A stretch of 64,000 nucleotides of DNA from Ignavibacteriota bacterium (GTDB lineage: Bacteria; Bacteroidota; Ignavibacteria; Palsa-1295), in contig CAWBEI010000002.1 in the NCBI GenBank assembly GCA_963787835.1, forward strand, positions 160,001 through 224,000, read 5' to 3'. The notes beneath the pieces were generated by a model that did not search any database, was not told the origin of the DNA, and saw nothing but the letters and a program-made list of their open reading frames with translations. Below, one piece after another: positions 47,059 through 57,513 of this stretch (its first letter is position 1; each line of letters starts with the position of its first letter). A program made the translations under genes and the position numbers.

Positions 47059-48636
47059 CTAAATGTATTCGCCGAAGACATGGCGGAGGGCGTCCGAAAT
47101 TTCGCCGAGGGTGGCATAAGCTTCCACGGCGGCAATGAGGCGTGGCATGAGGTTCTCGCCATCCTTGGCTGCGCGCTCCACTTCGGCGAGCGCATCGCTG
47201 GTGATCCTGGCATCGCGGCGAGTGCGAAGGTTTTGCACGGCGGCGATCCGGCGGGCTTCGAGTTCGGGATCGATGCGGAGCGTTTCGGGCGCGACAAGTT
47301 CCTCCGTGACGAACTCGTTCACGCCGACGACGATGGCCTCTTTCGTTTCCACTTTCTTCTGGAACTCGTATGCGCTTTGTGCGATCCGTTCCTGATAAAA
47401 TCCGGCTTCGATGGCGCTGACCGCTCCGCCGATAGCTGCAATTTCGCTCATGAGCATTTCGGCTCTTCGAATAAGTTCCGAGGTGAGATATTCGACGAAA
47501 TAGCTCCCCGCCATCGGATCGACGGTATCGGCAATTCCCGATTCGCACGCAATGATCTGCTGAGTGCGAAGCGCGGTGCGGGCGGCCTCTTCGGTAGGCA
47601 GGGCAAGGGCTTCATCCTTGCCATTGGTATGCAGGGACTGGGTTCCACCGAGCACCGCAGCCATCGCCTCGATAGTGGTGCGAACGATATTGTTCTCGAC
47701 CTGTTGTGCCGTCAGCGTGGAACCGGCGGTCTGCGAATGGAACCGGAGTTTCATCGAGTTGGGATTTTTTGCATGGAACCTGTCGCGTATGATGCCCGCC
47801 CAGAGCGTCCGGGCCGCGCGGAACTTAGCAATTTCCTCGAAGAAATTGGAGTGAGCATTGAAGAAGAAGGAGAGCCGAGGGGCGAAGTCGTCGATGGAGA
47901 GCCCGGCACCGATCGCCGCCTCGACATACGCGATGCCGTTAGCGAGCGTGAAGGCGATTTCCTCAACGGCCGTGGAACCCGCTTCGCGAATGTGATAGCC
48001 GGAAATGGAAATGGTGTTCCACGAAGGAAGTTCCGCAGCGCACCAGCGGAAAATATCCGTCACGATCCGCATGGATTGCAATGGAGGATAGATATAGGTT
48101 CCACGAGCAGCGTATTCCTTCAGGATGTCATTCTGGACCGTTCCGGAAAGTAGTTTCAGATCGGCACCCTGCTTTTTAGCTTTTGCCACGTAAAGCGCCA
48201 GCAGGATCGCAGCCGTGGCATTGATCGTCATCGAAGTGGAAATTTTCGCCATTTCGATGCCATCGAAGAGGATATCGAAATCCTCCAGCGAATCGATGGC
48301 GACGCCGACGCGACCAACTTCGCCGGCGGCCATCGGGTGATCGGAATCGTAGCCGATCTGGGTGGGCAGATCGAAGGCGATGGAAAGTCCGGTTGTACCA
48401 GAGGCCAGCAGGTATTTGTACCGCCGGTTGGATTCCTCGGCGCTGCCGAAACCAGCATACTGACGCATCGTCCAGAGCCGAGAACGGTACATTTCGGGGT
48501 AAATGCCGCGAGTAAAGGGAAATTCGCTGGCATCGAGAGCTGGGGCAACCGCTCTATCCTGCGATGGAAGGGGCTTGTTGATACGCTCGATGGGTATCCC
48601 GGAGCTGGTTTCGAATTTGGCTTTACGCAATGGCAT
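47059..48636 (-). CDS. Methylmalonyl-CoA mutase, substrate-binding (N-terminal) subunit of a split enzyme
   Basis: [41 protein letters not shown]; no DxHxxG B12-binding domain. Confidence 0.92.
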   Translation of the reverse strand: MPLRKAKFETSSGIPIERINKPLPSQDRAVAPALDASEFPFTRGIYPEMYRSRLWTMRQYAGFGSAEESNRRYKYLLASGTTGLSIAFDLPTQIGYDSDHPMAAGEVGRVGVAIDSLEDFDILFDGIEMAKISTSMTINATAAILLALYVAKAKKQGADLKLLSGTVQNDILKEYAARGTYIYPPLQSMRIVTDIFRWCAAELPSWNTISISGYHIREAGSTAVEEIAFTLANGIAYVEAAIGAGLSIDDFAPRLSFFFNAHSNFFEEIAKFRAARTLWAGIIRDRFHAKNPNSMKLRFHSQTAGSTLTAQQVENNIVRTTIEAMAAVLGGTQSLHTNGKDEALALPTEEAARTALRTQQIIACESGIADTVDPMAGSYFVEYLTSELIRRAEMLMSEIAAIGGAVSAIEAGFYQERIAQSAYEFQKKVETKEAIVVGVNEFVTEELVAPETLRIDPELEARRIAAVQNLRTRRDARITSDALAEVERAAKDGENLMPRLIAAVEAYATLGEISDALRHVFGEYI

Positions 48637-48744
48637 GGGACAAAAATACGGCTAATTTCGGATGGGGGAAGCATTCGGGCATAGGTTGCGTTAGCGAACG
48701 CTCCGAAACAGAACCTATTATAGAGCCGTACTTAGCCCGAACGA

Positions 48745-50163
48745 ATGGAAAAATCCGCTGCAACCACCCCCCGCCCCCGCCTTGAAAAGTCGGTGGAGAA
48801 TGTTCCTCTTACTGGTCATGCCGCCGCATTGGAGGGGAAGCTTAAAAATAAGACGGCGAAGATCGGAGTCGTGGGGCTGGGATATGTCGGGCTACCGCTG
48901 GCGATAGAATTCGCCAAGAAGGGATTCGAAACGGTCGGCATCGATCTCGACAAATCGAAAGTTGAATCGCTGCAAAAAGGGAAAAATTACATTCAGGATA
49001 TTCCGGATGCCGAGGTTAGCGAGGCTGTCAAGAATGGGACGTTTCGAGCACAAGCCAATTATGAAAATTGCGGTAAGCTGGACGTCATCTATATTTGCGT
49101 TCCCACGCCTTTTACCGAGAATAAAGATCCCGACATCAGCTATATCACGAGTTCGGCGGAATCGATCGCAAAGGAGTTACGCGATGGTCAGCTTATCATT
49201 CTGAAATCGACAACTTTTCCCAATACTACGGAAGGCTCGGTTCAGCCCATCTTCGAAAAGAATGGAAAGAAAGTTGGCAAGGATTTTTTCCTCGCGTTCA
49301 GCCCGGAACGAATCGATCCGGGAAATCAGAAATGGACGACAGCGAATACGCCGATCGTTGTTGGCGGTGTAACGCCAAGTTGCACAAGGCTCGCAGTCCT
49401 GACGAATGAACAGATCATTCAGAATGTCATCGCAGTCAGCGGACCAAAAGTCGCTGAAATGGAAAAGCTGCTGGAAAATATTTTCCGGTCGGTGAATATC
49501 GCATTGGTAAATGAACTTGCAAAGCTTTGCGACCGAATGGGTGGAATTAATATGTGGGAAGTCGTCGATGCTGCGGCAACGAAGCCATTCGGATTTATGC
49601 CATTCTATCCAGGGCCGGGAATTGGCGGGCATTGCATTCTGATCGATCCATTTTACTTATCATGGCAAGCGCGAGCTTATGATTTCGAGACGAATTTCAT
49701 CACGCTTGCAGCGGAGACGAACGAGTCCATGCCGTTTTATGTGAAGGACTTGGTTTTCAAAGCTGTCGCAGAACTTCCGATACGCTTGCGAGATGCGAAA
49801 ATTTTAATGATCGGCGTAGCATTCAAGCGCGACGTGGATGACACGCGGCACTCCCCCGCTATCCGTGTCATGGAATTGTTGCTCGATGATGGAGCATCGC
49901 ATATTGATTTTACTGACCCATTCGTAGAAAAGATCAACGTCAAAGGCAGAGATTTTACTGCAAAGCCGTTCGATGCCAAGACGCTGCAATCGGCGGATGT
50001 TGTCATTATCACGACCGATCACTCGCAATACGACTATGAGTTCCTGGTTCGAAACGCATCACATATCATCGATACAAGAAATGCAACCAAACACATTCAC
50101 GAACCGGAGCTTCGTGAAAAGATCGTTCTGCTTGGATCGGGAAATCGCCATACGACCGCGTAA
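48745..50163 (+). CDS. UDP-N-acetylhexosamine 6-dehydrogenase (WbpA/TviB/WecC family)
   Basis: GLGYVG, ICVPTP, SPERIDPG, KLLENIFRSVNIALVNE, GPGIGGHC. Confidence 0.92.
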   Translation: MEKSAATTPRPRLEKSVENVPLTGHAAALEGKLKNKTAKIGVVGLGYVGLPLAIEFAKKGFETVGIDLDKSKVESLQKGKNYIQDIPDAEVSEAVKNGTFRAQANYENCGKLDVIYICVPTPFTENKDPDISYITSSAESIAKELRDGQLIILKSTTFPNTTEGSVQPIFEKNGKKVGKDFFLAFSPERIDPGNQKWTTANTPIVVGGVTPSCTRLAVLTNEQIIQNVIAVSGPKVAEMEKLLENIFRSVNIALVNELAKLCDRMGGINMWEVVDAAATKPFGFMPFYPGPGIGGHCILIDPFYLSWQARAYDFETNFITLAAETNESMPFYVKDLVFKAVAELPIRLRDAKILMIGVAFKRDVDDTRHSPAIRVMELLLDDGASHIDFTDPFVEKINVKGRDFTAKPFDAKTLQSADVVIITTDHSQYDYEFLVRNASHIIDTRNATKHIHEPELREKIVLLGSGNRHTTA

Positions 50164-50166
50164 ATT

Positions 50167-51276
50167 TTGACAAAGAAAAAAATTCTGTTCGTCGTTGGCG
50201 CTCGCCCGAACTTCATGAAGGTCGCGCCGGTGCTGGAGGCCGTTCGCGCAACTGGGAAATTCGATTCTATCCTTGTTCATACCGGCCAACATTACGATGC
50301 TAATATGTCGGATGTGTTCTTCAGCGATCTCGACATGCCCCAGCCAGATCGGTTTCTTGGCATTGGCTCTGGAACTCATGCACAGCAGACGGCGAAAGTA
50401 ATGATCGAGATGGAAAAGCTTCTGGTCGAAGAAAAGCCTGATCTTGTGATGGTTGCTGGCGATGTGAATTCAACACTTGCCACTGCGCTTGTTGCAGCTA
50501 AAGCTGGAATTCCACTTGGACATATCGAATCGGGATTGCGCTCGTTCGATCGCTCCATGCCCGAAGAAATTAACAGAATAGTGGCCGATGAATTCTCCCG
50601 ATTCTGTTTTGTGACCGAGCCGAGTGGGCTTAAAAATCTGGAGTATGAAGGAATATCGAACGATCGGGTGTTTGTTGTAGGCAATACGATGATCGATTCA
50701 GTGCAAAAATATTTACCTAAAGCACGCGAACGATTTCCGGAACTCGCACAGAAATACGGAATTGAGTCGAAAAATTACGCTCTTGTTACCCTGCATCGGC
50801 CAAGCAACGTGGATGAACCGGCTGGACTCACACGCTTTGTGGAGCTTTTTGAGCGCATGTCCTCGTTTGTGTCTCGCATCGTTTTCCCCATTCATCCTCG
50901 CACTCGGAAGCAGCTCGAAGCATTTGGCTTAGATGCTCGCGTTCGAGAAAATCAGCGTTTGTCGCTGATCGCCCCGGCTGGGTATCTTGATTTTTTGGCT
51001 TTGCAGGATTCAGCGGGTGTCGTTCTAACAGATTCCGGAGGTATTCAGGAAGAAACAACCGCACTTGGAATCCCGTGCATCACTTTACGAGAGAACACGG
51101 AACGGCCGATCACAGTCGAAGAAGGAACCAACGAGCTTGTTGGGCTGAACATGGAACTGGCCCTTAAATTTTCGAAGGCCGCATTAGCAGGACATTGGAA
51201 ATCGCATCAAGTTCCCATACTGTGGGATGGACATGCGGCAAATCGTATTGCAGCTATTTTAGAATCATCATTTTGA
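50167..51276 (+). CDS. wecB: UDP-GlcNAc 2-epimerase (non-hydrolysing)
   Basis: GARPNFMK, HTGQHYD, HIESGLRS, TDSGGIQEE, RENTERP. Confidence 0.93.
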   Translation: MTKKKILFVVGARPNFMKVAPVLEAVRATGKFDSILVHTGQHYDANMSDVFFSDLDMPQPDRFLGIGSGTHAQQTAKVMIEMEKLLVEEKPDLVMVAGDVNSTLATALVAAKAGIPLGHIESGLRSFDRSMPEEINRIVADEFSRFCFVTEPSGLKNLEYEGISNDRVFVVGNTMIDSVQKYLPKARERFPELAQKYGIESKNYALVTLHRPSNVDEPAGLTRFVELFERMSSFVSRIVFPIHPRTRKQLEAFGLDARVRENQRLSLIAPAGYLDFLALQDSAGVVLTDSGGIQEETTALGIPCITLRENTERPITVEEGTNELVGLNMELALKFSKAALAGHWKSHQVPILWDGHAANRIAAILESSF

Positions 51277-53024
51277 GAAATTTTAGCGCTTCTCTTATCA
51301 TCATCTCTGTGGCAATCGCTTGCTTGGGAGATGGCGCGCGCGCGCAACTTACCTCGCCATTATCTCCACAAAGCTCGATCCCACAACTTAGCTCACAGAA
51401 GGGCTCAACACCTCCAACATCAGCCGAAGGCACGATCTTTGAAAGCAGTATCGATCCCGCCGAATACCATTTAGGTCCCGGCGATGTATTCGAATGTCGT
51501 TTCTGGACAAGTGGCGAGACATTTTATCCATCGGTCTCACTGGATAATTTGCTCTTGATTCCTAATCTTGGCGCGTTCGATATACAGGGAAAAACACTTG
51601 CTCAAGTTAGGGAAGAAGTGTTACAAGAAGCCACAGCATCCTTCGCATCTAAACATCCCGACCCGAACCATCCGCCAATTGCACTTGCTCTTTACCAACC
51701 TCGTAAGATCTACGTGACAGTTCAAGGGGATGTATCAACGCCAGGGGAGTATGCCCTTTCGGCTGCCGATCGTGCCAACGTCGCAGTAGATATTGCCAAC
51801 AAGATAGATCCTGCAATGCAGCCTTCCCATGAGCCGGGAATGCAAAAGCAGATGGATCTCGATCAATTAGGAAAGAAACATCTTCAAGCACTTTTTGGGG
51901 ATCGTGAGGCTGCACCAGCAAGCAAACGCTATCTTACTGTCGCTCATGAGGATGGCACCATGGATCGGATCGATCTTGTACGTTACAACTCGATGCATGA
52001 CCCTAAAGCTTCACCACCATTGCGTCAGGGAGACGTGATCGATGTCCCGTTTCGAGATATGATGCACCCCGCTATCGGAGTCTATGGTGCTGTTCAAGCA
52101 CCAGGAGAATTCGAATTTGTGCAGAGCGATTCCCTCTCATCTGCCATTAAGTACGCTTTTGGGCCGTCTGCGAATGCGGATCTTCATCATGTAGAACTCT
52201 CGCGAATTGGTGCAGGAGATACGACCGGCCATCCGCAGGTTTATGATCTTGCAGCAATCCAAGCCCACACGGCCCCAGATGTCCCCCTCCAGCCCAATGA
52301 TAGAGTGATCCTGCGATCATTACCAGAAGAAAACCGAGCGGCGGTGGTAGAAGTGATCGGAGAGGTTGGCGAACCGGGCCCCTACCCGATTGACGATGGT
52401 CATACTACCCTATCGCAAGTGGTGCAAGAGGCTGGTGGGTTGACAGCAAAAGCTTATCCCGCCGCTGGGGTGATAAAGCGACACAGCCATGATGAGCGGC
52501 TGACGGCTGGTTCGCCGGAAGATGTGGCCCAAATTACACGTCTGCAAAACCTCACCGTTGCTGATACTGCAAATTATGAGAGGCAACTTTCCATGAGACC
52601 CACAACCGCTGTCACCGACATGTACCGTTTGTTTGTGCAAGGCGATCGTTCTGCAGATGTAAGACTTGAGGATGGAGACGAGATCATCATCCCGAAGCGA
52701 CCGACCAGCGTCTATGTCAATGGATTCGTCAATATTGCCGGTTTTGTAAATTATCAGGAAAATGCACCTCTTCGTTATTACATAGCGCAGGTTGGCGGAT
52801 ACGCCGATGGTGCTGAAAAATCAGAAACTGTGGTAATAAAACTCAGTTCGAAAGCTTGGATGGACCCAAGCGATACTAAGATCGAACCCGGCGACGAAAT
52901 CTTCGTTCCAAAAGAGCCCGATTATTCTGAAGATTATAAACTGGCCAGACTCACGACAGCTGTAGCCATCGTTGGAGCGCTTCTCACGGGGCTCTCAATC
53001 TACGTCAACGTTACACACAAATAG
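51273..53024 (+). CDS. Polysaccharide export protein with multiple SLBB domains (Wza/KpsD-like)
   Basis: YHLGPGD export motif, repeated V.G.V..PG units, IEPGDEIFVP; a TTG start overlapping the wecB stop was chosen. Confidence 0.85.
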   Translation: MRNFSASLIIISVAIACLGDGARAQLTSPLSPQSSIPQLSSQKGSTPPTSAEGTIFESSIDPAEYHLGPGDVFECRFWTSGETFYPSVSLDNLLLIPNLGAFDIQGKTLAQVREEVLQEATASFASKHPDPNHPPIALALYQPRKIYVTVQGDVSTPGEYALSAADRANVAVDIANKIDPAMQPSHEPGMQKQMDLDQLGKKHLQALFGDREAAPASKRYLTVAHEDGTMDRIDLVRYNSMHDPKASPPLRQGDVIDVPFRDMMHPAIGVYGAVQAPGEFEFVQSDSLSSAIKYAFGPSANADLHHVELSRIGAGDTTGHPQVYDLAAIQAHTAPDVPLQPNDRVILRSLPEENRAAVVEVIGEVGEPGPYPIDDGHTTLSQVVQEAGGLTAKAYPAAGVIKRHSHDERLTAGSPEDVAQITRLQNLTVADTANYERQLSMRPTTAVTDMYRLFVQGDRSADVRLEDGDEIIIPKRPTSVYVNGFVNIAGFVNYQENAPLRYYIAQVGGYADGAEKSETVVIKLSSKAWMDPSDTKIEPGDEIFVPKEPDYSEDYKLARLTTAVAIVGALLTGLSIYVNVTHK

Positions 53025-53030
53025 CTGAGT

Positions 53031-54773
53031 ATGCGATTATTGTGTGCATTGGTATTAGTAGTCTCGATGGTGACATGTACCATTCAATCAGTGTGGGGTC
53101 AGATCCTTACCTCGCAACCGCACATTGGCGTAGAGCAGGTTCCGCTTGACGATAATGAGATCTATGCTTTCCTTCGACATCTTTCTGTTCGGGGTGTAAT
53201 TACGGGGTTTTCGGAAGCCGAGCTTCCACTTTCCCAATTTGAAGTAGCCGGTTTTTTGCGGCAGGCACGATCGGCAAAACTTTCCGGCGCAGAGCAAGCG
53301 CTTCTAAAAAAATATCTTCAAACATATGCCCTCGATCCTCGTGAAGCTGTGACGATGTTTTCTTCGCAGGATGCAATGCCCCTTTTCTTCGATGGAATTT
53401 TTACCCAACAAGATAAATATCTTTACCAATGGTATGATGACTCTACCAAATCTGACCTTTTTGTGCATGGGATAGGTAGTGTGGAGTATCTTCGCGAGAC
53501 AAGTCCTGCTTCCGAATCCGTAAAGCTGCTTAATCTTGGTGGACGTTTCTCCGGAACGTTGAGTGGGCACGTCGGATACTTTATGCAGACCACCAACGGA
53601 GTGGCCATAGGTGATCAGCAGTTGGCGCTCGAAGATCCTGCACTGGGCAAAAATAATAATTTGCGTTATTTCTCTAATTTTTTTGACTTCACCACCGCAG
53701 AGCTATCCTATAATAACGATTGGTTCACCGGCAAAATAGCACGGGAGTCTATTGCTATCGGAGGATCCTATGAAAACGATAATATCCTTCTTTCTGCCGA
53801 CGGGGTACCCACGTTCGATTTCTTCAGCCTCGGTGCTCATGTTGGAGCGGTTCGTTATCAGGCAATCGTTGGATCATTGGTACAGGATACAGTGACATAT
53901 AACGAGCCGCCTTATCCACTAAAATATCTTGCCCTACACGACCTCACATTCGGAATTGGCAAAAATGCGGAACTCGGATTTACTGACATTATGGTATTTA
54001 CTGAGCGCCTCGATCTCGCCTACCTGAATCCGTTTTCCTTCCTCGGAACTGCTAAACATGGACTCGATGATCAGGATCATGATAATGGCTTGCTTGGTAC
54101 ACATGCGCGATGGCAGATAGCGCCGGGTTTTGAGGTTCGAGGTCAGGCTTTACTTGATGATTTCGTGGCAGGCAACATCGGAAAGGGATATTGGTCAAAC
54201 AAGTGGGCGTGGCAGCTCGGAGGAATGTGGGCAGGTGCTTTCGGTTGCTCTGATCTCGATTGGGAAGCGGAATGGATCCGGGTCGAGCCCTATACCTACT
54301 CACATTGGGATACGGTGGGTTCCTACTCCAGCTCACAGACCCTTCTTGGTACACAGATCGGCCCAAATGCCCAAAGCTTTTGGACAACCCTGCGATGGAC
54401 TCCCGATTCCAAATGGACCTTCGTTCTCAATGGCCAGTTCATTGAACGTGGTGAAAATATCTATGACTCGAGCGGTAATCTTTTATACAATGCTGGAGCA
54501 GACTACCGCGTAAGCATGAATGCCGAAGGAGCTCCGTACGATACCCATTTCCTTGAAGGGCGCCGTGTAAATATTTATACGATAACTGCAGAAGTTCAAT
54601 TCGAACCATGGCGAGGGCTTATTCTCTTTGCGAACGGAACAAAGAAGATCGTCGATTACTTAGGAGGATCAACTTCGACGCCAGGATTCGATCTCACAGG
54701 ACTTCCCGTTTCGCAAGCACCGCTGGAATTACCTGAGACCCTTATTGACATTGGCGTAAAAGCACTTTTTTAA
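53031..54773 (+). CDS. Capsule assembly Wzi-like outer-membrane protein
   Basis: Signal peptide, YLNP, DNGLLG, RVEPYTYSH, GPNA, terminal Phe; capsule-locus context. Confidence 0.7.
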   Translation: MRLLCALVLVVSMVTCTIQSVWGQILTSQPHIGVEQVPLDDNEIYAFLRHLSVRGVITGFSEAELPLSQFEVAGFLRQARSAKLSGAEQALLKKYLQTYALDPREAVTMFSSQDAMPLFFDGIFTQQDKYLYQWYDDSTKSDLFVHGIGSVEYLRETSPASESVKLLNLGGRFSGTLSGHVGYFMQTTNGVAIGDQQLALEDPALGKNNNLRYFSNFFDFTTAELSYNNDWFTGKIARESIAIGGSYENDNILLSADGVPTFDFFSLGAHVGAVRYQAIVGSLVQDTVTYNEPPYPLKYLALHDLTFGIGKNAELGFTDIMVFTERLDLAYLNPFSFLGTAKHGLDDQDHDNGLLGTHARWQIAPGFEVRGQALLDDFVAGNIGKGYWSNKWAWQLGGMWAGAFGCSDLDWEAEWIRVEPYTYSHWDTVGSYSSSQTLLGTQIGPNAQSFWTTLRWTPDSKWTFVLNGQFIERGENIYDSSGNLLYNAGADYRVSMNAEGAPYDTHFLEGRRVNIYTITAEVQFEPWRGLILFANGTKKIVDYLGGSTSTPGFDLTGLPVSQAPLELPETLIDIGVKALF

Positions 54774-54804
54774 TATTCCAGCGAAGAATCACGGTTTAGA
54801 ACAT

Positions 54805-56037
54805 ATGCAAACTGAGCAACCTATACCATCCTCATCCGAGCCTTCAGGAACTGCCATAAACGGCGAAGGCAAGAGCGCCATGCTACTCACTCCCGCCCGA
54901 AAGGCATGGGTAGAAAGTGTCTCGATCCTGCTTCGCCATAAGTTCCTGATCATAATTGTTGCTGTCGTTGTCACTGGAATCACCGGGTGGTATTCCTTTA
55001 CCAGAATGCCAAATTATTACAAAGCGCGCGCAGTCATCCTCCCGGCACGTCATGCTAATGGATCGTTGGATAATGCCACTTCTGGAATTGCTTCAAGTCT
55101 TAAGGATCTCGGCATTGCAAAGCTCGGCGGCGGCGATGAAAGCTATACTCCCCTGTCGCTACTCCGAAGCAGAGAGTTAATGGAAAAGATGGTACGCCAA
55201 TTTAACTTTGAAGCGATCTATCGTGATACCACGATGGAAGATGCGATTGACGACTTTTCAAAGAATTTGGATGGCGAACTTTCCGAGGAAGGTAACTTTA
55301 TTATTACCTTCGAAGACACCACACCGCGCCGTGCTGCTCAAGTTACCAATGCCGTTATCGATGAGATCAACAATGTGAACAGTCGACTCGCCAAAGACGA
55401 GGCTGACCACAATATCGCGTATGTGCAAGCCCGATATCAACAAAATCTTGCTGATCTCGATACGGCGGAACACGCATTTCTCGCTTTTCAGAAAAAATAT
55501 GGGATTTTTTCTTTAACTGAACAAGCTCGTGCCGAAATGAGTGCGCTTGCAGAAATGGAAGAACAAAAGATGGGGGCCGAAGTACAATTGCACAGCGCAG
55601 AACAGATGTACGGCGCCAATTCCGGACAAGTAAGCGTGTACAAGGGAACCATCGATGAAATAGAATCGAAGCTTGCTCAGATGAAAGTCGGCATGGATGC
55701 ACAGGCAAGCTCCTTTGTGCCAACGAATGTTTTGCCCGATGTGGCCATGCAATATTTGAGCTTAACACGCGAGTTCGAGATACAGAGTAAACTCAAAGCC
55801 TTCCTCCTGCCGGCCTACGAACAAGCTAAACTCGACGAGCAGAAAAATCTCTATGGATTCGTCACCCTTGATTCTGCTTCGGTGCCGGTTCACAAATCCA
55901 AGCCACACCGATCTGTAATATTGCTCGCTGCATTATTAGGAAGCGCAATTATTACATCGCTATTTGTACTGCTTTTGTCTGGAACGCACCGGCTTCGAGT
56001 GAATTTCGCCCACGACCGTAAACAACTTGGCTTATAA
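54805..56037 (+). CDS. Chain-length determinant / polysaccharide co-polymerase (Wzz/GumC-like, no kinase domain)
   Basis: Two TM segments flanking a coiled coil; LD.A..P..KSKP.R motif. Confidence 0.85.
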   Translation: MQTEQPIPSSSEPSGTAINGEGKSAMLLTPARKAWVESVSILLRHKFLIIIVAVVVTGITGWYSFTRMPNYYKARAVILPARHANGSLDNATSGIASSLKDLGIAKLGGGDESYTPLSLLRSRELMEKMVRQFNFEAIYRDTTMEDAIDDFSKNLDGELSEEGNFIITFEDTTPRRAAQVTNAVIDEINNVNSRLAKDEADHNIAYVQARYQQNLADLDTAEHAFLAFQKKYGIFSLTEQARAEMSALAEMEEQKMGAEVQLHSAEQMYGANSGQVSVYKGTIDEIESKLAQMKVGMDAQASSFVPTNVLPDVAMQYLSLTREFEIQSKLKAFLLPAYEQAKLDEQKNLYGFVTLDSASVPVHKSKPHRSVILLAALLGSAIITSLFVLLLSGTHRLRVNFAHDRKQLGL

Positions 56038-56049
56038 TTCCCGAAAAGC

Positions 56050-57513
56050 GTGCAAGCATTAGCATTAGATAGCGGCAATTCGTTCGGAGAGAACAGAGGT
56101 GCTTTCCAGCTCTCGCTTCGGGCTCAAATTGCTACGGGGATTGCGATAATCGCTGTACTTGTGGGTTCATTCATTCTCACGGAATCCCTGATTCCTATCG
56201 CCGTTATTCTTGGTGGGTTTGTTGTTTTTGCTACAGTTCGAAATCCGGTAGCGTCGCTATTTGCCTTTATTGTGATTAATGTGATCTTAACCCTTCGAGG
56301 CAGAGATAATGGCGAGCCCACCGTTCTGGATCTGGCCCTCGGAATTGTGCTCGCACTGATTATGGCGTATTGGTTATTACGTTTGCGATTCTTCGAACGA
56401 CAATCACTTAGCACCTCGAAAGGTCAACTTGCCTTGGTTCTGTTCGCGGTGTGGTCTCTGATCGTCACTCTTGTTGGTCTTTCGGGTGAGCACACGACGC
56501 TGAATTTCGCTCTTCGGGAATTGCTCAATCTTTCCCCGTTTCTGGCCATTCCGATAATTTATTATAACTTCGTCGAGTTTGAATCCCCGTCAGAGCGATG
56601 GCTGATATTGAGTGTCTTGCTCTCTGGAATCATCATTGTTGTCTGGAATTTTTTTCGACTAAGGAGCAATGTGCTCCGTGCAGTCTATCTGTATCAAACT
56701 GGGCGCGGAAATTCGAATGAGATGATTTCGGGGCTTATTGTTCTCATCGCGACTTCGATTCTAATGGACCAGAAAGGATTTTGGAAGACTTTACTGGCTG
56801 TGCTATTACTATTGCTTGGCATTCTCGGAATCATCATATCCTTTAGACGAAATCTCTATGTGGGAATCATTATTTGCATGATCGGGGTGGTGTTGCTAGG
56901 AGATCTTAAAGAAAGGCGGAGAGGAATAAAGCGCTTGCTGGTTAGCGGGTTGTGTGGAATAATTGGATTGCTGCCTTTCTATTTTCAATCTCGAACCTTT
57001 CGCCTTCTTCTGATGAACTATGGTTTACGTTTTATTAGCTCTCAACATTTAGGAACGGATCTTTCTTTACGCATGAGATTTGTGGAGTGGAAGTATGAAT
57101 GGCAGGATATTCTTCAATCTCCGATCCTTGGACATGGATTCGGAACCAAGTTTCGCATTTTTGACATCGTGAGAGATGTGCATTATTGGATGCCCTTCAG
57201 TCATAGCAGCTATCTTTACATGGTCTTCAAGTCAGGTTTTATAGGCGCAATATTATTTTTGGGGGCATTCTTTTCAATTTTGTTTAAAGGTTTTCGACTT
57301 CTAAAGTCCCACAGCCTCCCGCTGCATGCTCAAATTATCTTACGCGCAAGCTTGGGTTTTCTCTTCGCAATTCTCATAAATGCCTATACCGAACCCTCAC
57401 TGGGTGCAAAAACTGACCTCACATGGGTAGGACTAATATGGGGCTATTTTCTGGTACTTGAAAAGAACATAGAGTCTATTCCGAATCAAGCAATTATTTT
57501 AGGAGTAGCGTGA
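56050..57513 (+). CDS. O-antigen ligase/polymerase family (Wzy_C) membrane protein
   Basis: Many TM segments; SLRMRF...SPILGHGFG...HSSYL...GFIG. Confidence 0.8.
   Translation: MQALALDSGNSFGENRGAFQLSLRAQIATGIAIIAVLVGSFILTESLIPIAVILGGFVVFATVRNPVASLFAFIVINVILTLRGRDNGEPTVLDLALGIVLALIMAYWLLRLRFFERQSLSTSKGQLALVLFAVWSLIVTLVGLSGEHTTLNFALRELLNLSPFLAIPIIYYNFVEFESPSERWLILSVLLSGIIIVVWNFFRLRSNVLRAVYLYQTGRGNSNEMISGLIVLIATSILMDQKGFWKTLLAVLLLLLGILGIIISFRRNLYVGIIICMIGVVLLGDLKERRRGIKRLLVSGLCGIIGLLPFYFQSRTFRLLLMNYGLRFISSQHLGTDLSLRMRFVEWKYEWQDILQSPILGHGFGTKFRIFDIVRDVHYWMPFSHSSYLYMVFKSGFIGAILFLGAFFSILFKGFRLLKSHSLPLHAQIILRASLGFLFAILINAYTEPSLGAKTDLTWVGLIWGYFLVLEKNIESIPNQAIILGVA

Noticed and set aside
47080-48153. 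357-aa plus-strand ORF
   Set aside because: Antisense shadow of the well-conserved methylmalonyl-CoA mutase gene; no recognisable motifs.
47059-48636. Isobutyryl- or 2-hydroxyisobutyryl-CoA mutase
   Set aside because: The specificity positions are Tyr (RQYAGF) and Arg (ARGTY), consistent with methylmalonyl-CoA mutase.
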